Below, piece by piece: positions 8,254 through 17,280 of a stretch of DNA of 64,000 nt. The translations under genes and the position numbers were made by a program. A model generated the notes under the pieces. That model searched no databases. It was not told the origin of the DNA and saw nothing but the letters and a program-made list of their open reading frames with translations. This DNA comes from an uncultured bacterium (lineage in GTDB: Bacteria; Omnitrophota; Omnitrophia; Omnitrophales; Aquincolibacteriaceae): NCBI GenBank assembly GCA_964562525.1, contig CAZLTL010000001.1, forward strand, positions 32,950 through 96,949, given 5' to 3'. Numbering within the stretch: position 1 is the first letter of the stretch; every line of letters begins with the position of its first letter.

Positions 8254-10629
8254 CTATTGAGAATTCGCCGTATTCGAATCGGATTGATTCGAGTTGGATA
8301 AAAAGGCGTTAATCAACCCCGCCGCGATATCCGTTTTACTCGGACTGGCTGACCCGTTTGCGCCGCTCGAAGTTGAAGCTTGAGTACCGGTTAATGCATC
8401 CAACAAACTTGCCGGTTTTTGCTGTGATGGATAAATTTTCACGGGAACAGCACTGTCATCCGTAGGTACCGCCATACCGCCCGCTGCGGAAGCATCCGGG
8501 CTTGAAGCTCCCGTTGTCGTTCCCAAAAGCTGACTTAACCGGTCTACCCGTTGGCTTCCATCCGTCTTTCTTGTAAATTGATCCGCTAAAAGCTGGCCCG
8601 CTTTATTTCTCACAATTTCTGCGAGTAAGTATTGAATATCCGGCAAAATGCTCATCCTTGCCAAAGTGCCAGTCACCGTAAGCGGAATTTGCATTTGGCC
8701 TTGAGAGTTTAAAGTATAAGCAAGTTCATGCACCCGCCCGGCAAGCTCCGCCATAATTTCTTCATGAATCCAAATCGTTGGACGAGCATTGATGCTCCCG
8801 TCTACTCCCACATTCACGGCCCCGCTTACTTTTACGTCAGGAGAGACCACATCAAATTGATTAAACCGAATCGCGCCGCGTTCGATCGAAAAATCCTCAT
8901 CCATCGTCTCAAAAGGAGTGTCGCGACGAGCGCGGCGTTCTTTTAAAGAATCCGACATACGCTGATCCAAAGCGGAACTTAATCCGGGAATGGCGGCAAG
9001 CTTGGATAAAATTTCTTCCAACACATTCATATTCCTTAAAACCGGATCATCCACTCGAAAATGACCCGATCCGGAAAGTGAAGGCAAAATAACTTCCGGA
9101 ACTTTCCCGTTCCCGCCCGCATTAATCTCAAAAGAAAGCGTCCCTTCCATTGCCGGCGCGTCAGGCGAAGCCGGTGGCGGCGCAAGGTCTTTTAAGTTGA
9201 GATTTCGCGCACGCGCTTCCAAACGAAAAACCGGTGCGGTAAAAAGATTTTGGACATTCAGTCGCCCTTCAGCCGGACTGCTGCCCAAACTCATATTCCA
9301 AGCATCCAAACTCAGCTGGTCACCGCGCAGATTGCCGGTGAGTTGAATCTGGTTCAAATCCGAGGGAAGATTTTTCAGACGAATACGCCCTTGATCATAA
9401 CGAAAATCAATATCCCCCAAGGGGGTTTGTCCGGGCTCGAAGCTCAGCCGGCGTATATCAGCATGAACGCGCCCTTGTGGCGCATCAGATAAACCGCTGG
9501 AATAAATCGCGGGAATCTTTGCCGTCATTTCAGCCCAATTAAGTGAGTTGAGATCTAAATCCACCTGCGCCGGCCCTACAATGACACGACCTAAGTTAGA
9601 AGCCTCAGCCTTACCTTGAAAACTCAAATTAGTTGTACTTGAAAAAACAGCCGCCTTGACTTGAACGTCAAAAGGCGCGGAAAGACTCACATTGCTGGCC
9701 TTAACATCCAACTTTTGTACCAATCGGCCTGCATCCAAAGTTTCGACAAAACCATCTTTGAGCAATAAATCCGCGTTAACGGAATCCGGTTTACCATTCC
9801 GTATTTTAAGCTGAGAAATATCCGCCTCCAGCTTTCCACCCCAATCCGTCAGCGGAACATTTTGCATAATTTGGGGCAAACTGCGCACCAACTCATCGCG
9901 CTCAATCAAATCTAAATCTGCTTCCAATCTCAAATCATCCACGCGAATATCCGCGCCCTGATTTTCTAATTTAACCACCCCTCTCAAATTAACGTTTTTC
10001 TTATTTCCAAAAAAAGCACCTGACACGTTAAATTCCATGGGCTTAAAAAGTGAAACATTCTTTACCGTCAGCGCTAGATTTTTTAAATCCAGCTGAAGCG
10101 GCGCAAGCGCAGAGTCATCCTCATAATGGATATCAATATTCTTCAAATCGACTTGCGCAATAAGAAATGAGGAAAGTGCCGGCGCCAATCCATTTGCGGC
10201 GGTGTTCTTTTGCTCACCTGAACTTTGCGTTTCAGATTCAACGCTGACTTGCGGAGGATTAATTCCAAGAACCCTGACAACGCCATCCTCGCCCTTCACC
10301 GCGCGGATTTTGGCGCCATCAATAAAAACCGATCCAACTTGAACACTACGCCGCAAAAGGGGCGCTAATTGCAGTACGGCACCGGCATTCTGAACTTGAA
10401 GCACAGGCTCATCATTGCTTAGAACTTGAACGCCATCCACTTCCAAAGCAAGACCACCGCGCCAAACAAGCGCAATATTGCCGATTTTAACCGCGTGTCC
10501 CAAAGCCTTTGCTGCTTCTTTTTCTATCGTATCGCGGTAACGATTGGCATCAAAAGTAACCGCGAATAAAACAATTCCCGCGGTGATCAAAAAAATCAAA
10601 ACGGTGAGAATAATAATTATTTTTTTCAT
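8254..10629 (-). CDS. AsmA-family protein (outer-membrane biogenesis/lipid transport family).
   Basis: MKKIIIILTVLIFLITAGIVLFAVTFDANRYRDTIEKE is a typical AsmA N-terminal anchor plus domain start. Length 791 aa. Confidence 0.7.
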   Translation of the reverse strand: MKKIIIILTVLIFLITAGIVLFAVTFDANRYRDTIEKEAAKALGHAVKIGNIALVWRGGLALEVDGVQVLSNDEPVLQVQNAGAVLQLAPLLRRSVQVGSVFIDGAKIRAVKGEDGVVRVLGINPPQVSVESETQSSGEQKNTAANGLAPALSSFLIAQVDLKNIDIHYEDDSALAPLQLDLKNLALTVKNVSLFKPMEFNVSGAFFGNKKNVNLRGVVKLENQGADIRVDDLRLEADLDLIERDELVRSLPQIMQNVPLTDWGGKLEADISQLKIRNGKPDSVNADLLLKDGFVETLDAGRLVQKLDVKASNVSLSAPFDVQVKAAVFSSTTNLSFQGKAEASNLGRVIVGPAQVDLDLNSLNWAEMTAKIPAIYSSGLSDAPQGRVHADIRRLSFEPGQTPLGDIDFRYDQGRIRLKNLPSDLNQIQLTGNLRGDQLSLDAWNMSLGSSPAEGRLNVQNLFTAPVFRLEARARNLNLKDLAPPPASPDAPAMEGTLSFEINAGGNGKVPEVILPSLSGSGHFRVDDPVLRNMNVLEEILSKLAAIPGLSSALDQRMSDSLKERRARRDTPFETMDEDFSIERGAIRFNQFDVVSPDVKVSGAVNVGVDGSINARPTIWIHEEIMAELAGRVHELAYTLNSQGQMQIPLTVTGTLARMSILPDIQYLLAEIVRNKAGQLLADQFTRKTDGSQRVDRLSQLLGTTTGASSPDASAAGGMAVPTDDSAVPVKIYPSQQKPASLLDALTGTQASTSSGANGSASPSKTDIAAGLINAFLSNSNQSDSNTANSQ

Positions 10630-10715
10630 AAAACCAACGTAGTTAAAAACGTGACAAGAGCGTGCTCTATTCTAAAGCTTCTGACGCGAGAATCAAGAAG
10701 GGTATTCAGCACTAT

Positions 10716-10750
10716 AAAAATAAAAAAGCCCCCCTCAAATTGAGGAGGGC
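10716..10750 (-). terminator. Rho-independent terminator (GCCCTCCTCAATTTGAGGGGGGC followed by a T-tract on the minus strand) after the small PLDc_N gene.
   Basis: GC-rich hairpin at 10728-10750 with AAAAATAAAAAA at 10716-10727 on the plus strand. Confidence 0.5.
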
Positions 10751-10770
10751 TTTCAAATCAAAGCTGAAAC

Positions 10771-10935
10771 TTATTTTCTTCCGAGAAGCCAATAAAGGAT
10801 CAAACCGATAACAGGAAGAAGAAGAATCAACACAATCCAAAGAACCTTCTTACCCGTAGGCAAACTGCTCTTAAAAACATTGATAATCGCGAGAACGTCC
10901 AAAACCAATACCACTAAACCGAGTAAACCGCTCAT
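10771..10935 (-). CDS. Small (54 aa) membrane protein of the PLDc_N (phospholipase-D N-terminal-like) family. Not in the ORF track.
   Basis: Hand translation gives MSGLLGLVVLVLDVLAIINVFKSSLPTGKKVLWIVLILLLPVIGLILYWLLGRK. The LWIVLILLLPVIG..LYWLLGR signature is typical of the family. Confidence 0.55.
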   Translation of the reverse strand: MSGLLGLVVLVLDVLAIINVFKSSLPTGKKVLWIVLILLLPVIGLILYWLLGRK

Positions 10936-10991
10936 GCAACCTCCTTGATTGAACTGAAAGATTTTCTATTTTAAACGTGAAAATGAAGCCT

Positions 10992-11033
10992 GAAAACAAA
11001 AAAGGCGTGCGGATTACTCCGCACGCCTTTTTC
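10992..11033 (-). terminator. Strong bidirectional Rho-independent terminator (GGCGTGCGGA-ttac-TCCGCACGCC flanked by A/T tracts) at the 3' end of the PKD-repeat gene.
   Basis: Perfect 10-bp GC-rich stem at 11004-11027 with T-tracts on both strands. Confidence 0.65.
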
Positions 11034-11043
11034 TCGGCAAAGA

Positions 11044-13509
11044 TTACTTAGCGTATTTCTTTGCTTTAACTTTAATCAACGGAACCGGACCCGCATTCAC
11101 ATCCGCAACAAACCCGGAGGTTGCTGTCGAACAATGCGTTCCTTTGCCGTCATCAACGGTCAACGAAACATTGTACTGGCCGAACTTGCTGTACGCATGC
11201 TGCGCAGCAGCGCCTTCGCCTGTATTGCCGTCACCGAAGTTCCAAAGATAGCTGAGCTTATCGCCATCCGGATCGGAAGACTGAGCGCCATTGAACTGGC
11301 TCTGTTCTTCCGTGCAGCATACAAGGTTCGGACCTGCGTTCGCAATCGGAGGCGTATTCACGCTTACCGTTGTGTTCGCAGAACCCATACTGCAAGCTGA
11401 ACCCGCGCCGTCATTGGCTGTCACAGTTACAGTATAGTTGCCACCCTGTTTATAAGCGTAGGAAACATTGGATCCGCCTTCGATAGTCGTGCCATCGCCG
11501 AAGTTCCAAGTATACTTAAGCTTATCGCCATCAGGATCATTTGAAGCCGATGCGTCAAGCGATACGGTTTCACCCGTACAAGCATTGCGCGCCTGGTTCA
11601 AGCTCACCATCGGAGCGGAGTTGATGCGTACATTCAAGGCATCCATCGCTGTGGAGCAAGGTGTTCCCTTACCATCATCAACGGTTACGGACGCTGTATA
11701 GCTTCCACCCTTAGCATAAGTATGGCTGACCGACTTACCTTCTTTAACGGTACCGTCGCCCAAGTTCCAAGTGTACTTAGCGCCTTCAGGACCGTTTGCA
11801 TTCAAGGTCACCGCGCCGCCGGAGCAAGAGAAAACATTCTCGCCCGCGTCAACAACCGGAGACTTATTCAAACGCACGGAAACCGTGTCGGTTGAAACAT
11901 TGCAGCCTGCGCCGGAGTTATCCGTTACAGTCAAGCGCGCGGTATATTCACCGGCCTGGCTGTAAACGTGAGTCACTTTTGCGCCTTCAGCTGTTTGGCC
12001 ATCGCCGAAATCCCATGAGTACGCCAAACCATCGTTTTCAGCGTCATAAGATTTGCTGCCGTTAAAAGTGACCGCGTATTCGGCCGCTTGGCTTGTCAAG
12101 CAAAGAGCAACGTCATCGCCTGCAACCGCAACCGGTGCGCTGTTCACTTTAATTTGAGAGCTGCAACCCGCGAGAGAACATTCTGTGTTCTGACCATCAT
12201 TCACCGTAAGAGAAACATTATATGTTCCGCCCTGGGAGAAAGTCTTCGAAACAGAAGCACCTTCCGCTGTCGTACCATCGCCAAAGTTCCAGAGATATCC
12301 AAGTTCTTTGGATTCACCATCGCTCGAACCGACGCCGCTGATTGAAACAGCCTGACCGACGCAAGCAGATTGAGGAACGCTCAAGCCGCAAACCGGAGGT
12401 GTATTCACCAAAACGGATTGGGTAGTTGTTTTCTTTTCGCAATGAAGACCGGAGTTGTCGCTAACAGTCAAGGCCACATTATAACTTCCGCCTTTTCCAT
12501 AAACGTGAGTCACAACCGGTTCTGTGCTGGTAACGCCATCACCAAAGTCCCAAAGATAAGTAATCTTATCTTTGTTGGTGTCATAGGAGTCACGCGCGTC
12601 AAATTCAAATACGTTACATGCGCTTGGTTCCGGAGCCGGAGCAACCGGAGCTTCAAAGCCGCCGCGTTTGAAATAAATCGGAAGAGCATTACCTTTATCA
12701 TCGGTAAACTGAACGCCCGCGTTACCGCGAGTTTGGTTCGTTGTAGTTACCGTGTAAGCCAAACGACGCGCATCATCATTACCGAGAGTCACAGGCGTTT
12801 CAGCCCATTGACCGCTCACGGAATCCGCAACGTCATAAGATTTGCCGGTTGCGCCGTCCTGAAAACGTCCAACGCCGCCGTCTTTATCAAGGTCGAAATT
12901 GCGCGCAACGATATTGGTTACGCCATTCGGAATCGCAGGATAAAAATTGATTTGATCTCCCTTGCGAGGAAGCAAGCGGAAATAAAATTTTTCGCTGAAT
13001 GTTTCAGCGTAGTCCGGAGTGATCTTGAACTTAAACAAGTTCTGGTCATCGCCTTTGGTCGTTTGAACCAAAACGCGAAAACGATAAAAATCACCCACGT
13101 CTTTACCGGTATCAGGCTTAAAGCTGCCAAGCTGTGTCCAAGAACCATCACCCTTGGATGAACCCGCGCCAAAAGTTTCAGAAGCAAGAACTTCTTTACC
13201 TTCAACTGAGAAAACGGTTTCAGTATCAGCAACGGCTTTGCCGAACCCGCCGATAGCGTCAACTTTGCCGGATGCATCCGCGTCATAAACGCTAATGCTT
13301 ACCGCTTCAGTAGAAGCCTTCGGTACGTCAACAAAAAGAGCCATCTGCGTGTCATCTTTGCCACGAAGCGGATCCCCTTCCGGACCGAAAAGGTAAAAAT
13401 ATTCAGCCTTCGAGTTTTCTTTCGGCACTTCATAAGCAAAAGTGCTTACCGGAAAAGCAAGAGACAGAACAAGTAACGGAGCAATAAAGCCCGCAAGTTT
13501 CTTGATCAT
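11044..13509 (-). CDS. Secreted surface protein with multiple PKD repeats.
   Basis: Recurring YxWDFGDG/WNFGDGT signatures occur at least six times, followed by ...SVSDNxG/TVxDGxG. Signal peptide MIKKLAGFIAPLLVLSLAFPVSTFA. The start is set at the internal ATG rather than the track start at 13560. Confidence 0.8.
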   Translation of the reverse strand: MIKKLAGFIAPLLVLSLAFPVSTFAYEVPKENSKAEYFYLFGPEGDPLRGKDDTQMALFVDVPKASTEAVSISVYDADASGKVDAIGGFGKAVADTETVFSVEGKEVLASETFGAGSSKGDGSWTQLGSFKPDTGKDVGDFYRFRVLVQTTKGDDQNLFKFKITPDYAETFSEKFYFRLLPRKGDQINFYPAIPNGVTNIVARNFDLDKDGGVGRFQDGATGKSYDVADSVSGQWAETPVTLGNDDARRLAYTVTTTNQTRGNAGVQFTDDKGNALPIYFKRGGFEAPVAPAPEPSACNVFEFDARDSYDTNKDKITYLWDFGDGVTSTEPVVTHVYGKGGSYNVALTVSDNSGLHCEKKTTTQSVLVNTPPVCGLSVPQSACVGQAVSISGVGSSDGESKELGYLWNFGDGTTAEGASVSKTFSQGGTYNVSLTVNDGQNTECSLAGCSSQIKVNSAPVAVAGDDVALCLTSQAAEYAVTFNGSKSYDAENDGLAYSWDFGDGQTAEGAKVTHVYSQAGEYTARLTVTDNSGAGCNVSTDTVSVRLNKSPVVDAGENVFSCSGGAVTLNANGPEGAKYTWNLGDGTVKEGKSVSHTYAKGGSYTASVTVDDGKGTPCSTAMDALNVRINSAPMVSLNQARNACTGETVSLDASASNDPDGDKLKYTWNFGDGTTIEGGSNVSYAYKQGGNYTVTVTANDGAGSACSMGSANTTVSVNTPPIANAGPNLVCCTEEQSQFNGAQSSDPDGDKLSYLWNFGDGNTGEGAAAQHAYSKFGQYNVSLTVDDGKGTHCSTATSGFVADVNAGPVPLIKVKAKKYAK

Positions 13510-13735
13510 GGAGTAACTCCTGGTTTGGTTATTGGTTTTAGTTCTGATAATTAAGGACAAAATAGTTTTCTGCCCTAAAACTGCTTCTCAGACGCATTTT
13601 TGAAATAAATATTCACTCAAACTTCTAAAAATGAATCTTAAGAGAGGGCATATTGTAGACCAAAAAGAGAAACGGACAAGCAAAATCTAGCTTTGTAGTG
13701 GGGGTAAAATTATTTTTATAGGACGCGGTCAGACT

Positions 13736-14923
13736 CTAAGCGACTTTTTCAGCCTCGGTCATTTTACGCTCAATAATTTCTTTGAGCTTCTCAATCGGCT
13801 TGGCACCAACAAATAGCTCCCCATTAATTAAAAGCGATGGGGTTGATCCCACGCTTTTAGAAAACCCCATCAAAACATCATTTTCAACGATCTTCTTTGT
13901 GGCTTCGTTTTCATAACAAGCATCAAACAGCGGTTGATCCAAACCAAGCTCCCCTGTCATTCTCTTAAAATCTTCCGTTGTCCGTGCTTTTGACGGGTTG
14001 GCAAAAACTAAATTGTGAAATTCCCAAAACTTTCCCTGCGCATGCGCGCATTCCGAAGCAACATGCGCATACGGCGCTTGAGGATGAATCGGCAAAGGAA
14101 AATGACGCCATACCCGTCGAATTTTTCCGGGATAGTCTTGCATCACCTGGTCTAAAGAAGGATTCAGTTTCTGACAGAAAAAACAATGAAAGTCGCTGAA
14201 CTCCACAATCGTCACAGGCGCTTGTTCCGGACCTTGTGCCGGACGCCCCGCCTCAGTAAAGTTAATCCGGCTTTCCAACTCTTCCTTTCTGGCTTTCCGC
14301 TCCGCCGCAAGTTTCGCGGAAAGTTCAGGATCCAGCTTTTCAGCAAAGTAATTGAATGGGCGCATACCCGTAATTTTTTCGCCGTTCATAAAAAAGGTTG
14401 GCGCACCATTCACTCCGCGTGTTTGAGCATCGGCTAAATCTCCAAGCACTTGGCTTCGCCCACGCTCGGTCTGCATACAGGCTTTCAAATCAGCATCGTT
14501 CAGCGCGATAGCTTGAGTCACGGAATCCACCGTCACGCGTTCATTGGCTTGAAAAACATAATCATGAAATTCCCAGAACTTTCCCTGCTCAGCAGCGCAA
14601 ACAGCCGCTTCATGCAAAGGAAATGTTCCCGTGCCCGGTTCGCCCGAAAGCGGAAAATGCCGGAAAGTCATTTGAATTTGATCGGGATATTTTTCGCGCA
14701 ATTCGTTAAAGATAGCCGCCTGCTTTTTGCAATAAGGGCAAAAAAAGTCAGAAAATTGTTCGATCTTCAGCTTGGCTGTTTCAGGCCCCCTTACGAAGGA
14801 AGATACAGAAGCTGGCTCCGTTTTTTCAGATTCCACAGCCGCGGCGGGCTTCGATTCAGCACAACCCGAAAGCAATCCCGCTGCCAAAATTAAAACAGCC
14901 GAGATCGAATTCATTTTCTTCAT
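13736..14923 (-). CDS. Lipoprotein with two tandem DsbA-like thioredoxin domains (thiol:disulfide oxidoreductase).
   Basis: Lipobox LLSGC. Two CxxC motifs (FCPYCKK and FCFFCQK), each in a ~170-aa repeat with FWEFH. Confidence 0.8.
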   Translation of the reverse strand: MKKMNSISAVLILAAGLLSGCAESKPAAAVESEKTEPASVSSFVRGPETAKLKIEQFSDFFCPYCKKQAAIFNELREKYPDQIQMTFRHFPLSGEPGTGTFPLHEAAVCAAEQGKFWEFHDYVFQANERVTVDSVTQAIALNDADLKACMQTERGRSQVLGDLADAQTRGVNGAPTFFMNGEKITGMRPFNYFAEKLDPELSAKLAAERKARKEELESRINFTEAGRPAQGPEQAPVTIVEFSDFHCFFCQKLNPSLDQVMQDYPGKIRRVWRHFPLPIHPQAPYAHVASECAHAQGKFWEFHNLVFANPSKARTTEDFKRMTGELGLDQPLFDACYENEATKKIVENDVLMGFSKSVGSTPSLLINGELFVGAKPIEKLKEIIERKMTEAEKVA

Positions 14924-15033
14924 TTTTCTTCCTTTGAAAATTAAACGGTAATCAGGCAGGCATTATACGGGAAATTGAAGCGAAGTCTATGTGGAGACCG
15001 AAAAACTCAACTCAGAGTCCAACTCGCAAAAAA

Positions 15034-15360
15034 TTAGTTGGCCCGAAAAACCTTAACGGTCACGGACTGCCCATTAGCCCAGGGCCAAATAAAGGAATAA
15101 TAGTAAAGCTCTTCGGAAGCAAGATAATAGAGAGTCTGATCGTCGCGAATGCCGCCGTATTCATTTGCCATTTTCTTATCGTCCGAACTGGGTTTGGCTC
15201 CCGCGGGCTTAACCGGCTTTCCAAAAAAGGTTTCAAGCACTTGATTCACTTTGGGAAGATCAGCAACTTTCACGACAAGCTCAAAATACTCCTCATCATC
15301 GCTACGCAACTCCTGGCAAGGCGCCTTTCGCAATTCTGCCAACAAAAGATCATAACGCAT
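15034..15360 (-). CDS. Hypothetical protein (108 aa).
   Basis: ORF only. Start abuts the end of the upstream gene. Confidence 0.4.
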   Translation of the reverse strand: MRYDLLLAELRKAPCQELRSDDEEYFELVVKVADLPKVNQVLETFFGKPVKPAGAKPSSDDKKMANEYGGIRDDQTLYYLASEELYYYSFIWPWANGQSVTVKVFRAN

Positions 15361-16076
15361 TAGGCTGCCTTTCTCTGTTCAGGCGCGGACAACCGAAGCC
15401 GGTTCTCCTCCTCCTCGATTTTTGAAAAAATACCTTCCAAAGCTCTTTTCGAAACTTCTTCTTCCAAATCAAAGACAGCCTCAGAATTTCTAACGAAAGG
15501 CAGTGACGCGTAAAGAGTCTTGAACTCAATGTACCCCTGCAAAGCCGTCTGACTACTGACGGATCGCTCAATTTCGCGACGAAAGTCTTGTTGCAAACGT
15601 GTCTCCATTTTGCGGCGGAAATACTGTGTTAGCGACCCCTCTTCTATGAGGATTTGCTCGGGCTTTTTTTCAAATTTTAAATCTTCAAGCGCATCTTTCA
15701 TTAAAACCCCGGCCTTCGGCGCGGCAGTTTCCGCCGCACGGTTAAGCCCCATTTGAAAATCATGCCAAAACAAATCAGCATTCAACTTCTTTGAGATTTT
15801 TTCAATTCCTTTGACCGTGTTAGGAACATCAATTCGAAGCTCAGGCTGATGATAAAAGCCGTTTACCTGACTGACTTCAAGCACGGTATTGTCGATCGCC
15901 TGACGCAGCAAATCTTTCATCGTTCGTTCATTCGCGGAATTTCCTTCTCCGCGTCCCTGAAAAAAGAAAATACGGCTGATAAAACCATCCGCCATAAGCA
16001 CAGGCGCAAAAGAAAAAAGAGAGAAACTTAAAAGAACTGCAGCGACGACTTGTCGTCCCATATTTTTAATTTTCAT
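15360..16076 (-). CDS. Secreted protein, possibly DUF4197 family.
   Basis: Signal peptide present. The NRAAETAAPKAGVLMKDALEDL and EGSLTQYF segments are reminiscent of DUF4197. This assignment comes from memory. Confidence 0.45.
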   Translation of the reverse strand: MKIKNMGRQVVAAVLLSFSLFSFAPVLMADGFISRIFFFQGRGEGNSANERTMKDLLRQAIDNTVLEVSQVNGFYHQPELRIDVPNTVKGIEKISKKLNADLFWHDFQMGLNRAAETAAPKAGVLMKDALEDLKFEKKPEQILIEEGSLTQYFRRKMETRLQQDFRREIERSVSSQTALQGYIEFKTLYASLPFVRNSEAVFDLEEEVSKRALEGIFSKIEEEENRLRLSAPEQRKAA

Positions 16077-16246
16077 AACTCACCCGACCTAATTCCCATT
16101 ATAAAAATGTCCGGGAAAAGTATCGGCATCTTTCTCTGAGTTCTGAAGACAGGTAAATAAACACCTCCGCAGCAAATAAGAATAAAAAAGCCTAACCTTT
16201 TTAAAAAGCTTTGAATGTAACGCACAAGCAAGTATTTAAGATTTCT

Positions 16247-16351
16247 CAAAAAGGTTCAGTCGCAAGGCGCAAACGAACGCCCGCGGAGCCGTAGTGAAAC
16301 CCCTACGGCGCACAAGGAAGTGATGTTTGCAAGGCAGCGAATAACCTTTTT
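16247..16351. repeat. Copy A of a ~100-nt conserved structured intergenic element (second copy at 54216-54335).
   Basis: Both copies share a terminal inverted repeat (AAAAAGGTT...AACCTTTTT) and a core (CAAGGCG..GCGGAG..GTAG...TACG.CGCACAAGGAAG.GA..TT.GCAA...AGC). The internal hairpin reads CCGTAG/CTACGG in A and GCGCAG/CTACGC in B, a compensatory change at the closing pair. Confidence 0.6.
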
Positions 16352-16361
16352 CAGGAATCTT

Positions 16362-17216
16362 TTAGCAGGATTTGCGGATGATGAGTTCGGGGGAAACCAC
16401 ACGAGTTACAGGCTCAAGCGATTTTTTTTCAATTTGTTCCATTAAAATCTTAACTGCTTCGCGTCCCATCAGCTCAAGCGGTTGACCGATGGTTGTCAGC
16501 GAGGGTTCAGTGTATTTCCCCTTCCGAATTCCGTCATAACCAATCACCGCGACTTGATCCGGAACCCGAATCCAGTTTTCTTTCAACGCGCGAATCGCGC
16601 CGATGGCAATATCGTCATTCACGCAAATAATCGCACGCGGCAGTTTTTCACATTGATGGATCATATCCAGCATTTTTAAATAGCCGTCTTCTTCAAAAAA
16701 ATAATCGCATTTGCGGTAATGCTCGGGATCAAAAGTCAGCTGATATTGCCCTAAAAGTTCGCGCAACAAATCGTAGCGCTGGCGCGCGTCAAGTGAAGCA
16801 TCATCGGGAGCATGCAACATGCCGATTTTTCTGTATCCGCGGCTGAGCAAATGCCGCATCGCGAGATGAACGCCTTCTTTATTGTCGCAATAAACAATGC
16901 TTGAACGTAGTCCCGGAGTCGGATCATTGATCACAATGACGGGAATCTTTTTTTCATCCAAGGCTTCCGCGATATAACGGTCATGAATGCGCCAGGTAAT
17001 TAAAATTAATGCGTCAATTTGATGCCGGTCTAAAATTTTAAAATCCGGATCGCGATACTCTTCTTCTTTAACCAAAATCAGGCGAAAATCATGCGGTGTC
17101 CCGACAAGCGCGTTGGTCGCTCCGATCAAAAGCTGCGTGAAATAGTCCCCTTTGAAAAGCTCCGGGGTAAAAGCCCCTATCAAGCCGATCGTTAACCGTT
17201 TCTTTGTCTCACTCAT
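16362..17216 (-). CDS. LacI-type periplasmic-binding-fold (Peripla_BP) domain protein lacking the N-terminal HTH.
   Basis: 284 aa that aligns to the ligand-binding core of LacI/GalR regulators (IGLIG...; VIGYDG...TTI). The sequence starts directly in the sugar-binding domain with no HTH and no signal peptide. Confidence 0.6.
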   Translation of the reverse strand: MSETKKRLTIGLIGAFTPELFKGDYFTQLLIGATNALVGTPHDFRLILVKEEEYRDPDFKILDRHQIDALILITWRIHDRYIAEALDEKKIPVIVINDPTPGLRSSIVYCDNKEGVHLAMRHLLSRGYRKIGMLHAPDDASLDARQRYDLLRELLGQYQLTFDPEHYRKCDYFFEEDGYLKMLDMIHQCEKLPRAIICVNDDIAIGAIRALKENWIRVPDQVAVIGYDGIRKGKYTEPSLTTIGQPLELMGREAVKILMEQIEKKSLEPVTRVVSPELIIRKSC

Positions 17217-17280
17217 AGCGTCACTTTCTTCAGACCAGTTTATGAATTCAAAACTGTTTCTTAAGGTTACTCAATGAAAT

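Noticed and set aside
12370-13161. 263-aa plus-strand ORF, and several other 60-120-aa ORFs, inside the PKD-repeat gene region.
   Set aside because: They are antisense to a strongly supported minus-strand gene with PKD signatures. Their composition looks like a mirror-frame artefact.
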